Origin: Kofleriaceae bacterium
GTDB taxonomy: Bacteria > Myxococcota_A > Polyangia > Haliangiales > Haliangiaceae
Reading direction: 5' to 3'
Assembly: GCA_046597055.1 (NCBI GenBank)
Contig: JBKJLC010000079.1
Location: forward strand, 9,783 to 73,782
Length of the DNA stretch: 64,000 nt
The notes beneath the pieces are model-generated. The model was not told the DNA's origin. It saw nothing but the letters and a program-made list of their open reading frames with translations, and searched no databases. Positions 31,382 to 41,977 of this stretch are shown piece by piece; position 1 is the stretch's first letter; each line of letters begins with the position of its first letter. A program made the translations under genes and the position numbers.

Positions 31382-32643
31382 TCGCCCAGCGGAAACGGGC
31401 GGGGCAGCCCGACTGGCTGGTGATCGCGCGCCGCGAGTTCCTCGAGCGCGTGCGCACGCGCTGGTTCGCGATCGTGACGCTGCTCGGTCCGATCCTGCTG
31501 ATCGGCGTGATCATCATCCCGGCGCTGCTGGCGCGGGCGGCCGATAGCACTGCGCGCGTGCAGATCGTCGACCACAGCCGCCGGCTCGGCGCGCCGCTGG
31601 TCCAGGGCCTGACTGCGGCGAAATGGCGGCCCGAGCTGGTGCCGGCCGACACCACCGAGGCCGAGCTGCTGCATCGCATCGATCGCGATCAGATCGACGG
31701 GTTTCTGGTGATCTCGGAGGAGATGCCCACCGCCGGCAAGGTGGAATACCAGGGCGACAACGCCACCAACGCCCAGGCGATGCGGGAGCTGTTGCAGGTG
31801 ATCAGCGCGTCCGTACACGGCCTGCGCGGGCTCGACGCCAACGTCCCTCAGGCGACGCTGACGCAGGTGCTGGCGCCGGTCGACTTCTCGCCGCGCCACA
31901 CCACCGGCAAGGCCGGCGGCAGCTCGGGCTTCGCCGCCTTTGCCGTGGGCTACGCGGTGATGTTCGTCCTCTACATGTCGATCCTGCTGTACGCGGCCAA
32001 CGTGCTGCGCAGCGTGGTGCAGGAGAAGACCAACCGGATCATGGAGATCATGGTGGCGGCGGCCAAGCCGCACGCGCTGATGCTCGGCAAGATCCTGGGC
32101 GTCGGGGTGGTCGGGCTGCTGCAGATCGCGATCTGGGGAACCATGGCGATCCTGACCATGACCTACCGCGGCGCCGTGCTGGGCGCGTTCGGGGTGGCCG
32201 CCGCCGACTGGAGCGTGCCGCCGCTGACCGTCATCGACGTGGTGGTGGTGCTCACCTACTTCCTGCTCGGCTACTTCTTCTACGCGGCGATGTACGCTGC
32301 GATCGGCGCGATGGTCTCGAGCGAGCAGGAGGCGCAGCAGGCGCAGACGCCGGTGATGATGCTGCTGATCATCCCGGTCGCCAGCGTGCAGCTGATCGCG
32401 AACGATCCGCGCGGCCCGGTCGCCGAGGCGCTGACGCTCATCCCGTTCTCGTCCGCCATCCTGATGCCGATGCGGTGGCTGCTCGGCGGCGCCAGCACGG
32501 CCAGCCTGCTGACGTCGCTCGTGATCCTGGCGGCGTCGACGCTGATCGTGACGCGGCTGGCGGCCCGCATCTACCGGGTCGGGATCCTGATGTACGGCAA
32601 ACGCCCGAGCCTGCGCGAGCTGGCTCGCTGGCTGCGCTACTGA
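31378..32643 (+). CDS. ABC-2 type permease (NatB/YhaP-like)
   Basis: IARREFLER, EKTNRIMEI, LMLGKILG, IYRVGILMYGK. Confidence 0.92.
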
Positions 32644-32681
32644 CGCGCGGCGGTGGGCACTGACGGGGCGCGCCGTGGTCG

Positions 32682-33395
32682 TCAGTCGTCGCGGCGACGG
32701 GCGGTCGCGGCCGGCAGCTCGGCGCGCTGGCCGCGCAGCGCCTTGGCCTCGCGCTTGGCGCGGCGGCGGGCGTCGCGGCTGCTCTCACCGGGGAGCCGGG
32801 TCTCGATCGAGACACCGCCCATCACCGCCAGCCCGGTGATGCGCAGGATCGGGCGATCGGGGTCGGGGTTGGTCGGCGCGCGCTGGACGTGGTCGAAGCC
32901 GCCCATGATCGCCGACGCGTCGCACTCGACCGCGAGCCACGGCGGGACGATCACCTCGAAGCCGCCCATCAGGGTGATGATGAGCAGCTCGGTCTCGCCC
33001 GGGGCGAGTTCGGCCTCGCGGAAGTCGAGCGTACCGCCGCCGCACATCACGACGGCGCGCAGCTTGCGCGGGCAGGTCCAGGCGCCGCTCTTCTCGAGGC
33101 CGCCGAAGATCGCGAACAAGCTCCGCGTCTTCGGCCAGCGATCGAGCGCGGTGGTGGCAGCCGGGCGCGGCGCCAGCGCCGTCGCGGGCGCACCTCCGGC
33201 GACGCCGAGGTCGACGGTCAGGACATCGAGCGAGGCCACGTCCTCGGCGCGGTGCGCGAGATCGAGGCGGCGCTCCAGCTCGTCGACGTCGAAGGTGTCG
33301 CGCGCGAACTCGGCGGTGAGCTGCGCGATGACCTCTTCACGGCGATCGCGCACGGCGACGAGCGCACCCTTCGGCGGCGGGGGAGCTGCGGGCAT
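32682..33395 (-). CDS. DUF1707 plus LiaF-like C-terminal domain protein
   Basis: REEVIAQL...ELERRLDLA; AIFGG, GGGTLDFREA, GGFEVIVPP, P.LRITG..VMGGV. Confidence 0.8.
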   Translation of the reverse strand: MPAAPPPPKGALVAVRDRREEVIAQLTAEFARDTFDVDELERRLDLAHRAEDVASLDVLTVDLGVAGGAPATALAPRPAATTALDRWPKTRSLFAIFGGLEKSGAWTCPRKLRAVVMCGGGTLDFREAELAPGETELLIITLMGGFEVIVPPWLAVECDASAIMGGFDHVQRAPTNPDPDRPILRITGLAVMGGVSIETRLPGESSRDARRRAKREAKALRGQRAELPAATARRRDD

Positions 33396-33457
33396 GGGGC
33401 GAACATACCGCCGGCCCGCGGCCGCGGCATCGCCGAGTGCAGGTGGTACGGTGGCAC

Positions 33458-34276
33458 GTGCTCGTCGACCTGCACTGCCACTCCACCTGCTCCGACGGCT
33501 CGGCGGCACCGGCCGAGGTCGGCCGGCGGGCGGCCGCGCGGGCCCCGGTGGTGTTCGCGCTCACCGATCACGACACCTGCGCCGGCCACGCCGAGGTGGT
33601 CGCCGCGGTGCCCGGCGCGATCCGCGCGGTCGAGCTGACCTGTCACGACGACGGCCGATCGGTCCACGTGCTGGTCTACGACGCCGCCGGCGACGAGCGC
33701 TGGCGCGAGCTCGAGGTGGTGCTGACGACCCAGGTCGCGGCCCGCCGCGAGCGGCTGCGCGCGATCTCGACCCGGCTGTGGCACCTCGGGGTGGTGCTCG
33801 ACGTCGAGCCGATCCTGAAGCTCGCGACCGCCCAGCACGGCCGAGCGGTCGGCCGGCCCGACATCGCCGCGGCGCTGGTCGCGCAGGGCGTCGTCGCCAG
33901 CCGCGACGAGGCGTTCTCGCGCTGGCTCCACGACGGTGGCCCGGCCGATGTGCCGCTGGCCCGGCTCGGGATCGGCGAGGCGCTGGCGGTGGTGCGGGCG
34001 ATCGGCGCGCGGGCGTCGCTCGCCCATCCCCACCAGCACGGCGAGCGCGCGCCGCGCATGCTCAAGAAGTTCGCGAAGGAAGGGCTCGACGGCGTCGAGG
34101 CGTTCTACGGGCGCTACGATCCCGGCGAGCGCGGGCGCTGGCTCAAGGTCGCCGACGGGCTCGGGCTCACCGCGACCGGCGGCTCCGACTGGCACGGCGA
34201 GGACGGCGGCACTCTCGGCGTCGAGGTCCCCGACGAGCGCGGCGCGCGCCTGCTCGGCTGGCTCGGGCGGGCCTGA
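33458..34276 (+). CDS. PHP domain phosphoesterase (TrpH/YciV-like)
   Basis: DLHCHSTCSDG, ALTDHDT, SLAHP, TGGSDWHG. Confidence 0.92.
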   Translation: MLVDLHCHSTCSDGSAAPAEVGRRAAARAPVVFALTDHDTCAGHAEVVAAVPGAIRAVELTCHDDGRSVHVLVYDAAGDERWRELEVVLTTQVAARRERLRAISTRLWHLGVVLDVEPILKLATAQHGRAVGRPDIAAALVAQGVVASRDEAFSRWLHDGGPADVPLARLGIGEALAVVRAIGARASLAHPHQHGERAPRMLKKFAKEGLDGVEAFYGRYDPGERGRWLKVADGLGLTATGGSDWHGEDGGTLGVEVPDERGARLLGWLGRA

Positions 34277-34357
34277 GCCAGTCCTGAGCCCGGACGCCGG
34301 TCCTGACCGGCCGGGCAGGTGGGCGCGACCCCGGGAGGCTCTAGACTTGCAGAGCTT

Positions 34358-35065
34358 ATGACCCAGCTGTCCGTCCAGGTCTGGTCCGACATCGCGTGTC
34401 CCTGGTGCTACGTCGGCAAGCGCCGGCTCGAGGCGGCGCTCGCGTCGTTCCCGCATCGCGACCAGGTCGACGTCACCTGGCGCGCGTTCGAGCTCGACCC
34501 GACCGCGCCGCGGGTGCGCGACGCCGCGGTCTCGTACGCCGCGCGGCTGGCGCAGAAGTACCGGACGCCGGTCGACCAGGCCGAGACGATGATCGATCGG
34601 ATGACCACCACCGCCGCGGCCGACGGGCTCGACTTCCACTTCGAGAAGATCCGCCCGGGCAACACGTTCGATGCGCACCGGGTGATCCACCTCGCGACCG
34701 TGCGCGGCAAGGGCGATGCGGCCAAGGAGCGCCTGCTGCGCGGCTACCTGACCGAGGGCGAGCCGATCGGCGAACCCGAGGTGCTGCTCCGGCTGGCGGT
34801 CGAGGTCGGCCTCGACGCTGACGAGGTGCGCGCGGTGCTGGCCGGCGACGCGTACGCGCGCGAGGTCCGGGCCGATGAGGCCGAGGCCCAGGCCAACGAC
34901 ATCAGCGGGGTGCCGTTCTTCGTCATCGGACGCTACGGCATCTCGGGCGCGCAGCCGGCCGACGTGCTGCTGCAGGTGCTGACCAGGGCGTGGGACGAGC
35001 TCGCGGTGACCGCGCCGGTCGCGCTGGTCGACGGCGCGGCCTGCGGTCCCGACGGCTGCGCCTGA
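34358..35065 (+). CDS. DsbA-family oxidoreductase (FrnE-like)
   Basis: WSDIACPWCYVGKRRL, FELDP, NTFDAHR, ISGVPFF, SGAQP. Confidence 0.94.
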   Translation: MTQLSVQVWSDIACPWCYVGKRRLEAALASFPHRDQVDVTWRAFELDPTAPRVRDAAVSYAARLAQKYRTPVDQAETMIDRMTTTAAADGLDFHFEKIRPGNTFDAHRVIHLATVRGKGDAAKERLLRGYLTEGEPIGEPEVLLRLAVEVGLDADEVRAVLAGDAYAREVRADEAEAQANDISGVPFFVIGRYGISGAQPADVLLQVLTRAWDELAVTAPVALVDGAACGPDGCA

Positions 35066-35191
35066 GGTCGACGCCGGTCACGGCGCGTCAGGGCGCGCAC
35101 CCGATCGCGACGGTGTGTGGGGCCAGTGCGCGGCGCCGGCGGCGGCCGACCCCTCGATCGTGTGGTCGCGCGGGCCGACCGCGCGGCGCGG

Positions 35192-37417
35192 TCAGTCGTA
35201 CGGGTCGCGGACGGTCACCGTCCGGCCGGCGGCCTGGTCGCCGAGCAGCTCGCCCAGCAGCTCGTGGATCTCGGCGGTCTGGGTCGGGTCGATCACCTCG
35301 GGGGGATTGATCGCGACCAGCGGCGGGTACATCGGCGAGTAGTTGCGCTGCTCGATCCGCTTGCGAAGTGCGGCGTGGCCAGCGCGGTTCCAGACCACAA
35401 AGGCCGCGGTGCGACCGCCTGGGAGGTTGCCGCTCACGGGCCCGGTGAGCGCGGGCAGGGTCACGCTGCGCAGCAGGCCGAGCCCGCCGGGCGGGGCCGC
35501 GGTGCCGGCCATGGTCATGTGACCGAGCCCGGCGGCGGCGGCAAGCATCTCGGTCGAGTCGTTGGGCACCCACACGTCGCCCCATGCCATGCCCATGACG
35601 AGGTTGGCCGGGGTGCCGCCGCGCAGGCTGCCATCGGTCAGTGCGGCGGCATAGGCGATCGAGTCGCCGCGCTCGACCACGCCGTTGAACAGCGAGACCA
35701 GCGGATCAAAGCGCGCGTCCTTCTGGGGGTCCCACAGGGTGACGCGCTCGTCGAGCGAGAACGGATTCACCAGCACCCCCAGGAAGACCCCGGAGAAGTT
35801 GGGGCTGTGCATCATCGCGGGGAAGGGCAGGCCGGCGGCGGCGCTGGTCATGTACGCGCTCGCGATGCGGGGCTCGACCGCGACCGCCGCGGTGCCGATC
35901 AGCCCGCCGAGCGACTCGGCGATCAGCGCGACGTCGTCGCGGAACGTGACCGAGGTGGGCACGCCGCCGCGCGCCGCCAGCACCGTGTTCAGCGGGGTCC
36001 AGTCGCCGTCGGCGATCAGCTCGACGAGCGACACCAGCTCGAGCGAGGCGGCCCGCAGGTTCTCGCCGGTCGCGCGCGGGTGGCCGGCCGCGATCCCGCC
36101 CGAGGTGCCGATCAGGTGGAACAGCTGGACCGGCGCCGACAGGCCGGGATGATCGCCGAACCCGTCGGGGGTCGGCGTGGTCTGGTCGCCGGTGCCCAGC
36201 AGCTCGTTGAGGATGTCGGTCGGCATGGCGGTGCGGTCGCCGTGGCGATTGAGGTCGATCGCGAGGACGGCGAAGCCCTGGCGCGCCGCCGTGTTGATCA
36301 CGGCCAGCATGTCGAGCCGGGTCCGCCCGAGCCCGTGCACGTAGAGCGCGACCGGGACGTTGGTCCAGGGGTTGGCGCGGGGCAGGGCGAGCGTGAACCG
36401 GGCCGGGCGGGTGCCCTTGATGGTCGGGACGCCGCCGACGAACGACGGGAAGCCGTCGTCGGCCGCGGTCGCGCTGAGGAAGCTCGGCAGCTGCACCGTA
36501 CCGTGCACGATCACCGCCACGTGATTGTGGGGTTGCGCGCCAATGTTGTTGCTGTCGGTGCCCGGCACCGCGTCGGCGACGGCGTTGCCGACCAGGGTCT
36601 GCAGCCCGGTGGCGCCGGTCTCGGCCGGCCCGTAGATCGCGCTGATCGTGATGGTGGGCGTGGTCGCCGCGAGCACGGTGCGCATCGCCGCGGTGTCGGC
36701 GACGTCGGTCGCGGTCCGGAACACCGTCGCGCTGGCCAGCTCCGCGCGGGTGGCGGCGGGGAGCACGTCGAGCAGCGGGCGCAGGTGCTGCTGGGCCGCG
36801 GCGATCGCCGGATCGGTCGGGACCGTCGCGAGGTCGATCGCGGCCACGAAGGCTGGCGCCGGCGCGAGGGGGGTGGCGTCGGCCGCGGTCGCGGCCCGGG
36901 TGAGGATCGCGCCATAGCGGTGGCCGGGGCGCAGCACCACGCCGATCCGCGGCGCGATCACCACCGACGCGAGATCCTGGCGATACAGCACCTCGGCGGG
37001 CACCTCGACCAGCTGCTGTGCGGTCGACCGGTCGAGGTCATAGAGCTTGGCCGCGCCCGCGACGCTCGCGCCGGCCAGCGCGCCGTCGATCGGGAAGTAG
37101 ACGTTCGCGCGCAGGCTGGCGCCGGTCATGCTCGCCAGGCCGTCCTGCAGCGCCGCGACCGCACCCGGCTCCGGGCCGGGGCCGGTCGGTACCGTGGTCA
37201 GCTTCAGGTGACCGGTGGCATCGAGGTACAGATCGGACGGGTAGGGCACGGCGCCCCAGTCGGCGCCCGCCATCGGCGCCGGCGGCACGAAGTGCGCGGT
37301 CGCGGCCGCGGTGGGCGGGCCGTCGTTGCGAGCGTCGATGGCGGGTCCGCTGCCGCCGCCTCCACCACAGGCAGCGCCAGCGAGCATGAGGCAACAGACG
37401 ATCCGTGGCGAACGCAT
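35192..37417 (-). CDS. Lipoprotein alpha/beta-hydrolase (extracellular lipase-like)
   Basis: Lipobox-like AGAAC; PYPSD; YVHGL, AIDLNRHGDR, AESLG elbow, GDVWVPN, AGH. Confidence 0.8.
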   Translation of the reverse strand: MRSPRIVCCLMLAGAACGGGGGSGPAIDARNDGPPTAAATAHFVPPAPMAGADWGAVPYPSDLYLDATGHLKLTTVPTGPGPEPGAVAALQDGLASMTGASLRANVYFPIDGALAGASVAGAAKLYDLDRSTAQQLVEVPAEVLYRQDLASVVIAPRIGVVLRPGHRYGAILTRAATAADATPLAPAPAFVAAIDLATVPTDPAIAAAQQHLRPLLDVLPAATRAELASATVFRTATDVADTAAMRTVLAATTPTITISAIYGPAETGATGLQTLVGNAVADAVPGTDSNNIGAQPHNHVAVIVHGTVQLPSFLSATAADDGFPSFVGGVPTIKGTRPARFTLALPRANPWTNVPVALYVHGLGRTRLDMLAVINTAARQGFAVLAIDLNRHGDRTAMPTDILNELLGTGDQTTPTPDGFGDHPGLSAPVQLFHLIGTSGGIAAGHPRATGENLRAASLELVSLVELIADGDWTPLNTVLAARGGVPTSVTFRDDVALIAESLGGLIGTAAVAVEPRIASAYMTSAAAGLPFPAMMHSPNFSGVFLGVLVNPFSLDERVTLWDPQKDARFDPLVSLFNGVVERGDSIAYAAALTDGSLRGGTPANLVMGMAWGDVWVPNDSTEMLAAAAGLGHMTMAGTAAPPGGLGLLRSVTLPALTGPVSGNLPGGRTAAFVVWNRAGHAALRKRIEQRNYSPMYPPLVAINPPEVIDPTQTAEIHELLGELLGDQAAGRTVTVRDPYD

Positions 37418-37650
37418 CCCTTCATGATACCGGAGCGGCCGCGCGCCCGGGGACCAATCCCCGTGGACCGTGACGGTCGCCGCATCAGCGCCGTGCTCAG
37501 GGGCGGCGATTCTTGGTATCCCCCGGCTCGCCCCGGCGGACCGTCCGGAGGTGCCGACGTCGGGGGCACTCACCCGATGGGACCCCGCTGGTCGGCGCTT
37601 TTCGTGCGCGTCCATCGCTGGGTTCGGGCGTCCCCGGTAGCATCGGGCGA

Positions 37651-38901
37651 ATGGTCGTCATCGCGCTGCTCGCGCTCGCCGCCACGCTGGCGATTGCGCT
37701 TGGCTGGCGCGTGCGCTGGGCGCCCGCCGCGGGCGCGGTCGCGGGGGTCGCGATCCTGGCGGCCGGCGGGCTGGTCACGGTGGACGACCTCGTCGGCGGG
37801 CTGGGTGCGCTGTGGCGCCCGCTGGTGACGATCTCGTCGATCATGCTGATGACGACCTGCGCGCATCGGATGGGGCTGCTCGACCGGCTCGCCGCGGTGA
37901 TCGAGCCGCGGACGCGCGGCCCGGTGCGCCACGCCTTCCGGATCGTCTTCGGGTTGTCGGCGGTGTCTGCCGCGGTGCTCTCGAACGACGGGGCCATTCT
38001 GGTCCTGACCCCGACCGTGGTCGTGCTGCTCCGCCACGTGTACCCGCGGCGCCACCCGAAGTTCGTCGTCCCGTTCGCGTTCGCGGTGTTCTGTGCCGCG
38101 GGCGTCGCGCCGCTCGTGACGTCGAATCCGATGAACCTCGTCATCGCCGATCGCGCCGGGATCGGCTTCAACGCCTACGCGGTGCGGATGATCCCGGTCG
38201 CGCTGGTCGGGTGGCTCACGACCTACCTCGCGCTCGCGTGGGTGTTCCGCGCCGACCTCGCCGACGAGGCGCCGGCGCTCGGGATGTGGGAGGCCGGCGA
38301 GCCGCTGTCGCGCCTCGCGTGGGTCGTGCTCGCCGCGCTGGCCGCGGTCCTGTGCGCGTACCCGATCGTCTCGTACTTCGAGGGCCCGCTGTGGGGCGTC
38401 GCGCTCGGCGGCGCGATCGCTTGCACGGCGGCGACGCTCGCGAGCGGCGTCCGGGCCCGCGAGCTCGCCAGCGGTCCGTCGTGGGAGATCCTGCCGTTCC
38501 TCGCCGCGGTGCTGATGATCGCCGTCGGGCTCGAGCGGGTCGGGGTCGTCGACGCGCTCGCCGACCTCTACCAGGCGACCCCGGTGCCGATCGTGGTGGT
38601 TGGCGTGGTCGCCGCGGTCGGCTCGGCGCTGATCGACAACCACCCCATGGGCGTGCTGGGCTCTCTCGCGATCGCGCGCGCGGGTGGCGACCACGTGCTC
38701 GTCCTGGCCGCCCTGGTCGGTGGCGATCTCGGCCCGCGCCTGTCCCCGATCGGCTCCCTGGCCGGGCTGCTGTGGCTCGGCGCGCTGCGGCGGCAGGGCG
38801 TGACGATCGGCGTGGGGGAGTTCATTCGGGTGGGCGCGCTGGTCACGATCCCGACCCTGGCGACGACGCTGGCAGCCCTGTGGCTGGTCACGCGGTTCTG
38901 A
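37651..38901 (+). CDS. ArsB/NhaD (ion transporter superfamily) permease
   Basis: LSNDGAILVLTP, SNPMNL, DNHP, LGPRLSPIGSLAGLLW. Confidence 0.88.
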   Translation: MVVIALLALAATLAIALGWRVRWAPAAGAVAGVAILAAGGLVTVDDLVGGLGALWRPLVTISSIMLMTTCAHRMGLLDRLAAVIEPRTRGPVRHAFRIVFGLSAVSAAVLSNDGAILVLTPTVVVLLRHVYPRRHPKFVVPFAFAVFCAAGVAPLVTSNPMNLVIADRAGIGFNAYAVRMIPVALVGWLTTYLALAWVFRADLADEAPALGMWEAGEPLSRLAWVVLAALAAVLCAYPIVSYFEGPLWGVALGGAIACTAATLASGVRARELASGPSWEILPFLAAVLMIAVGLERVGVVDALADLYQATPVPIVVVGVVAAVGSALIDNHPMGVLGSLAIARAGGDHVLVLAALVGGDLGPRLSPIGSLAGLLWLGALRRQGVTIGVGEFIRVGALVTIPTLATTLAALWLVTRF

Positions 38902-38917
38902 TCGCGCTGAGGCGTGC

Positions 38918-39430
38918 TCACGCGTGGCTAGAGCCGTCATCGCCGACCGCCGCGGCGACCAGCTCCGCCTGGTAGTCGACCAGCGCGCGTGCGTACGGTC
39001 CGAAGCCGTCGGGGCCCGCCGCGGCGAGCGCGGCCTCGAGCATGGTCGCCAGCGCCAGGGTCGGGTGGCCGGCGCTGTGGAGCGCCAGCGCGAGGAACGC
39101 GCGCAGCGGCGCGTGGTCGGGATAGTCGAGCGTCGCCTCGGCGAGGCGGGCCACGGCGTCGTCGGCGCGCCCGACGTTGCGCAAGGTCGAGCCGAGTCCG
39201 ACCAGGAAGCCGGGCCGCTCGTCGGCCGGCACGCCCAGCTCCCACGCGCGCTCGTAGTAAACGATGGCGTCCCGCTCGAGGCCGAGCCGATCGCACGCGA
39301 AGGCGGCCGCCATCTGGGCGCGCACGTCGTGCGGACCCGCGCGCGCGAGGTCGGTGGCGTGGACGTGGGCCCCGGCATGGTCGCCCGCGGCCTGGAGCGC
39401 GGCGATGGTGGCGAGCTCGGCGTCGATCAT
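38918..39430 (-). CDS. Tetratricopeptide repeat protein
   Basis: DRLGLERDAIVYYERA...LGSTLRNVGR...FLALALHSAG. Confidence 0.85.
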   Translation of the reverse strand: MIDAELATIAALQAAGDHAGAHVHATDLARAGPHDVRAQMAAAFACDRLGLERDAIVYYERAWELGVPADERPGFLVGLGSTLRNVGRADDAVARLAEATLDYPDHAPLRAFLALALHSAGHPTLALATMLEAALAAAGPDGFGPYARALVDYQAELVAAAVGDDGSSHA

Positions 39431-39467
39431 GGCGTGAGCCTACCGCCGGTGCGGCCGGGTGTACCCC

Positions 39468-40088
39468 CTACTTGCGCTTCTGAGCGGCGCGAGTCCGCGC
39501 GGCCCTGGGCGCGGCGGCGGGGGCAGGCTTCCGCGCGGGCGCGGCGGCCGGCTTGCGCGCGGCGGCAGCGGGTGCGGCGGCCGGCTTGCGCGCGACCGCA
39601 GCGGGTGCCGGCTTGCGTGCAGCGGGTGCCGGCTGCTTCGCCAGCGCGGCGATCACGTTCCATTGCTGCGCGGTCACCGGCTGCACGCTGAGCCGGCTGC
39701 CCTTCTGCAGCAGCACCATCCCGTCGAGCGCCGGGGTCGCGCGCAGCTCGTCGAGCGTGACCATCCTGGGCAGCTTCGCGACCAGCTCGACATCGACGCA
39801 GGTCCACCGCGGGTCCTCGCGGCGGCTGCCCGGATCGTGGTACCGGCTCGACGGCTCGAACTGGGTCTCGTCGACCACGCCCGTGCGCGCGATCCGCGCG
39901 ATCCCGACCACGCCCGGCGGCGCCACGCTCGAGTGATAGAAGAACGCGAGGTCGTCGACCTGCATCGCGCGCATGTGGTTGCGCGCCTGGTAGCTGCGCA
40001 CGCCGCTCCACGGCTCGGTCCCGACCCGCACGAGGTCGTCGATCCCGAACCCGTCGGGCTCGCTCTTCATCAACCAGTAGGCGGGCAT
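39468..40088 (-). CDS. EVE domain protein with Ala/Lys/Pro-rich tail
   Basis: YWLMKSEP, WSGVRSYQARN, FFYHS, SRLSVQPV; C-terminal ARKPA repeats. Confidence 0.93.
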   Translation of the reverse strand: MPAYWLMKSEPDGFGIDDLVRVGTEPWSGVRSYQARNHMRAMQVDDLAFFYHSSVAPPGVVGIARIARTGVVDETQFEPSSRYHDPGSRREDPRWTCVDVELVAKLPRMVTLDELRATPALDGMVLLQKGSRLSVQPVTAQQWNVIAALAKQPAPAARKPAPAAVARKPAAAPAAAARKPAAAPARKPAPAAAPRAARTRAAQKRK

Positions 40089-40141
40089 GCGCGGACGCTA
40101 CCGCACGGCTCGCGGCGCGTGGTAGCTGGAGGCGTGATCGA

Positions 40142-41086
40142 TCACGGCGGCGCCGTGCCGACCACCTGACCCGGCGCCAGCGCGCGGATCTCGAAGTCGC
40201 GCGAGATCCGCGCGATCTCGTCGGGAAAGCCGGCCAGGTTCACGTTGAGCGAGAACGTCATCGGCGCGGCCAGCGGCTGGAAGAAGTCGTCGAAGTGGTG
40301 CGGCACGATCACGCGCGGCTCGATCCGCCTCAGCAGCCGCGACCAGTAGCGCGCGGTGAACCGCCGGCCCGAGATCCCGCACAGCAGGTAGTCGACCTGG
40401 CGGTGGCGGATCGCGTCCTCGTCGAGGTCGCACGAGCCCTGGTGGTAGAAGGTCGCCCCGGCCACCTCGACGTGGATCGCCCAGATCTCGCCGCACCGGT
40501 AGCGCTGCGGGATCAGCTCGTCGGTGTGCTCGCAGGTCAGCTCGCCGGCGTACGGCGTCCACAGCCCGCCGGCGAGCTTCGAGTGCTTGCTCGGCACGAA
40601 GGTCAGCGTGAACGGCCGGTACCGGTAGGGCCGGTGCGGCTCGACCTCGACCGCGAGGTCGCCGTGGCCGTGGGCCCGCATCAGGTTCGCGAGCGAGCGT
40701 CCGCCCAGCGCGGGGCAGCCGGCGCGGGCGGCCAGGGCGGGGACGTCGAGCGCGTGATCGAAGTGGGTGTGCCCGACCGCGATCACGACCGGGTCGGGCA
40801 CCGCGGCCAGCCGCGCGAGATCCGCCGACACCAGCCGGCGGCGCACCAGGTCGGTGAACGACAGTCGGGTGAGGTAGGGATCGATCAGCAGGTGTTGGCC
40901 GCGGTAGCTCAGCCGGAAGCCGGCGGTGCCGAGCCAGGCCAGCTCGAGGCCCGGCGGCAGATCACCGGCGCGGGCCGAGCGCTCCCAGGCCAGGTCGCGA
41001 TGGGTCGCATGGTCGCCGCTGCTGCGCGCGTCCTTGCGGGCGCGCCAGGCCAGGAGCGACGCGAGGTGACCGATGGGCCCGAGCAC
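40142..41086 (-). CDS. MBL-fold metallo-hydrolase
   Basis: WLGTAGF, LLIDPYLTR, GHTHFDHALD, PHHFDDFF. Confidence 0.88.
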   Translation of the reverse strand: MLGPIGHLASLLAWRARKDARSSGDHATHRDLAWERSARAGDLPPGLELAWLGTAGFRLSYRGQHLLIDPYLTRLSFTDLVRRRLVSADLARLAAVPDPVVIAVGHTHFDHALDVPALAARAGCPALGGRSLANLMRAHGHGDLAVEVEPHRPYRYRPFTLTFVPSKHSKLAGGLWTPYAGELTCEHTDELIPQRYRCGEIWAIHVEVAGATFYHQGSCDLDEDAIRHRQVDYLLCGISGRRFTARYWSRLLRRIEPRVIVPHHFDDFFQPLAAPMTFSLNVNLAGFPDEIARISRDFEIRALAPGQVVGTAPP

Positions 41087-41191
41087 GCACGCAGCCTACC
41101 GCCGAAATCCCGGGGCCGGCGGGGATGCCGTCTCGAGCCGCGGTGGTAGGGTTGGCGCCTTCGCAACGATCACGATTCAGAGGAGACGATC

Positions 41192-41785
41192 ATGGCTTTC
41201 ACCCTCCCCGAGCTGCCGTGGGCCAAGGACGCGCTGGCGCCCGTGGTCTCTGCCGAGACCATCGACTACCACTACGGCAAGCACCATCAGGCCTACGTCA
41301 CGAACCTCAACAAGCTCGTGCCCGGCACGAAGTACGAGTCGATGTCGCTCGAAGAGGTCGTGAAGGCCAGCCACGGCCAGGCCTCCGAGAAGCCCGTCTT
41401 CAACAACTCCGCGCAGGTGTGGAACCACACCTTCTACTGGCACTCGCTGGCGCCCAACGCGGGCGGTGACCCGACCGGCCCGATCGCCGCCGCGATCGAC
41501 AAGGCGTTCGGCAACTTCGCGAGCTTCAAGGAGAAGTTCTCGACCGCGGCCGCCACCCAGTTCGGCTCGGGCTGGGCCTGGCTGGTGAAGAACGCCGACG
41601 GCACCGTCGGCATCGAGCAGAGCGCCAACGCCGAGACCCCGTTCGCGACCGGCAAGACCTGCCTGCTCACGATCGACGTCTGGGAGCACGCCTACTACAT
41701 CGACTACCGGAACGCGCGCCCCAAGTACATCGAGGAGTACTGGAAGCTCGTGAACTGGGACTTCGCGAACAAGAACCTCGGCTGA
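41192..41785 (+). CDS. sodB: Fe superoxide dismutase
   Basis: HYGKHH, NNSAQVWNHTFYW, FGSGWAWL, DVWEHAYYIDY; GAGGAG RBS. Confidence 0.95.
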   Translation: MAFTLPELPWAKDALAPVVSAETIDYHYGKHHQAYVTNLNKLVPGTKYESMSLEEVVKASHGQASEKPVFNNSAQVWNHTFYWHSLAPNAGGDPTGPIAAAIDKAFGNFASFKEKFSTAAATQFGSGWAWLVKNADGTVGIEQSANAETPFATGKTCLLTIDVWEHAYYIDYRNARPKYIEEYWKLVNWDFANKNLG

Positions 41786-41977
41786 TCGCCGCGGTCGCGC
41801 GACCGGTCGAACACCGCGCGAGCATCGCCGGGGTGAGCGCGCCGCGCGGGCCCGGCTGCACACGGCGACCGCGAGAGCGGTGGTCGCCGACAGCGTCGTC
41901 ATCTCGTCGTCGCACAGCGCGCCCTCGGGACACTGCCAGTCGCCGATGCACGCGATGGTGATGCCGCTCGTGATCGC

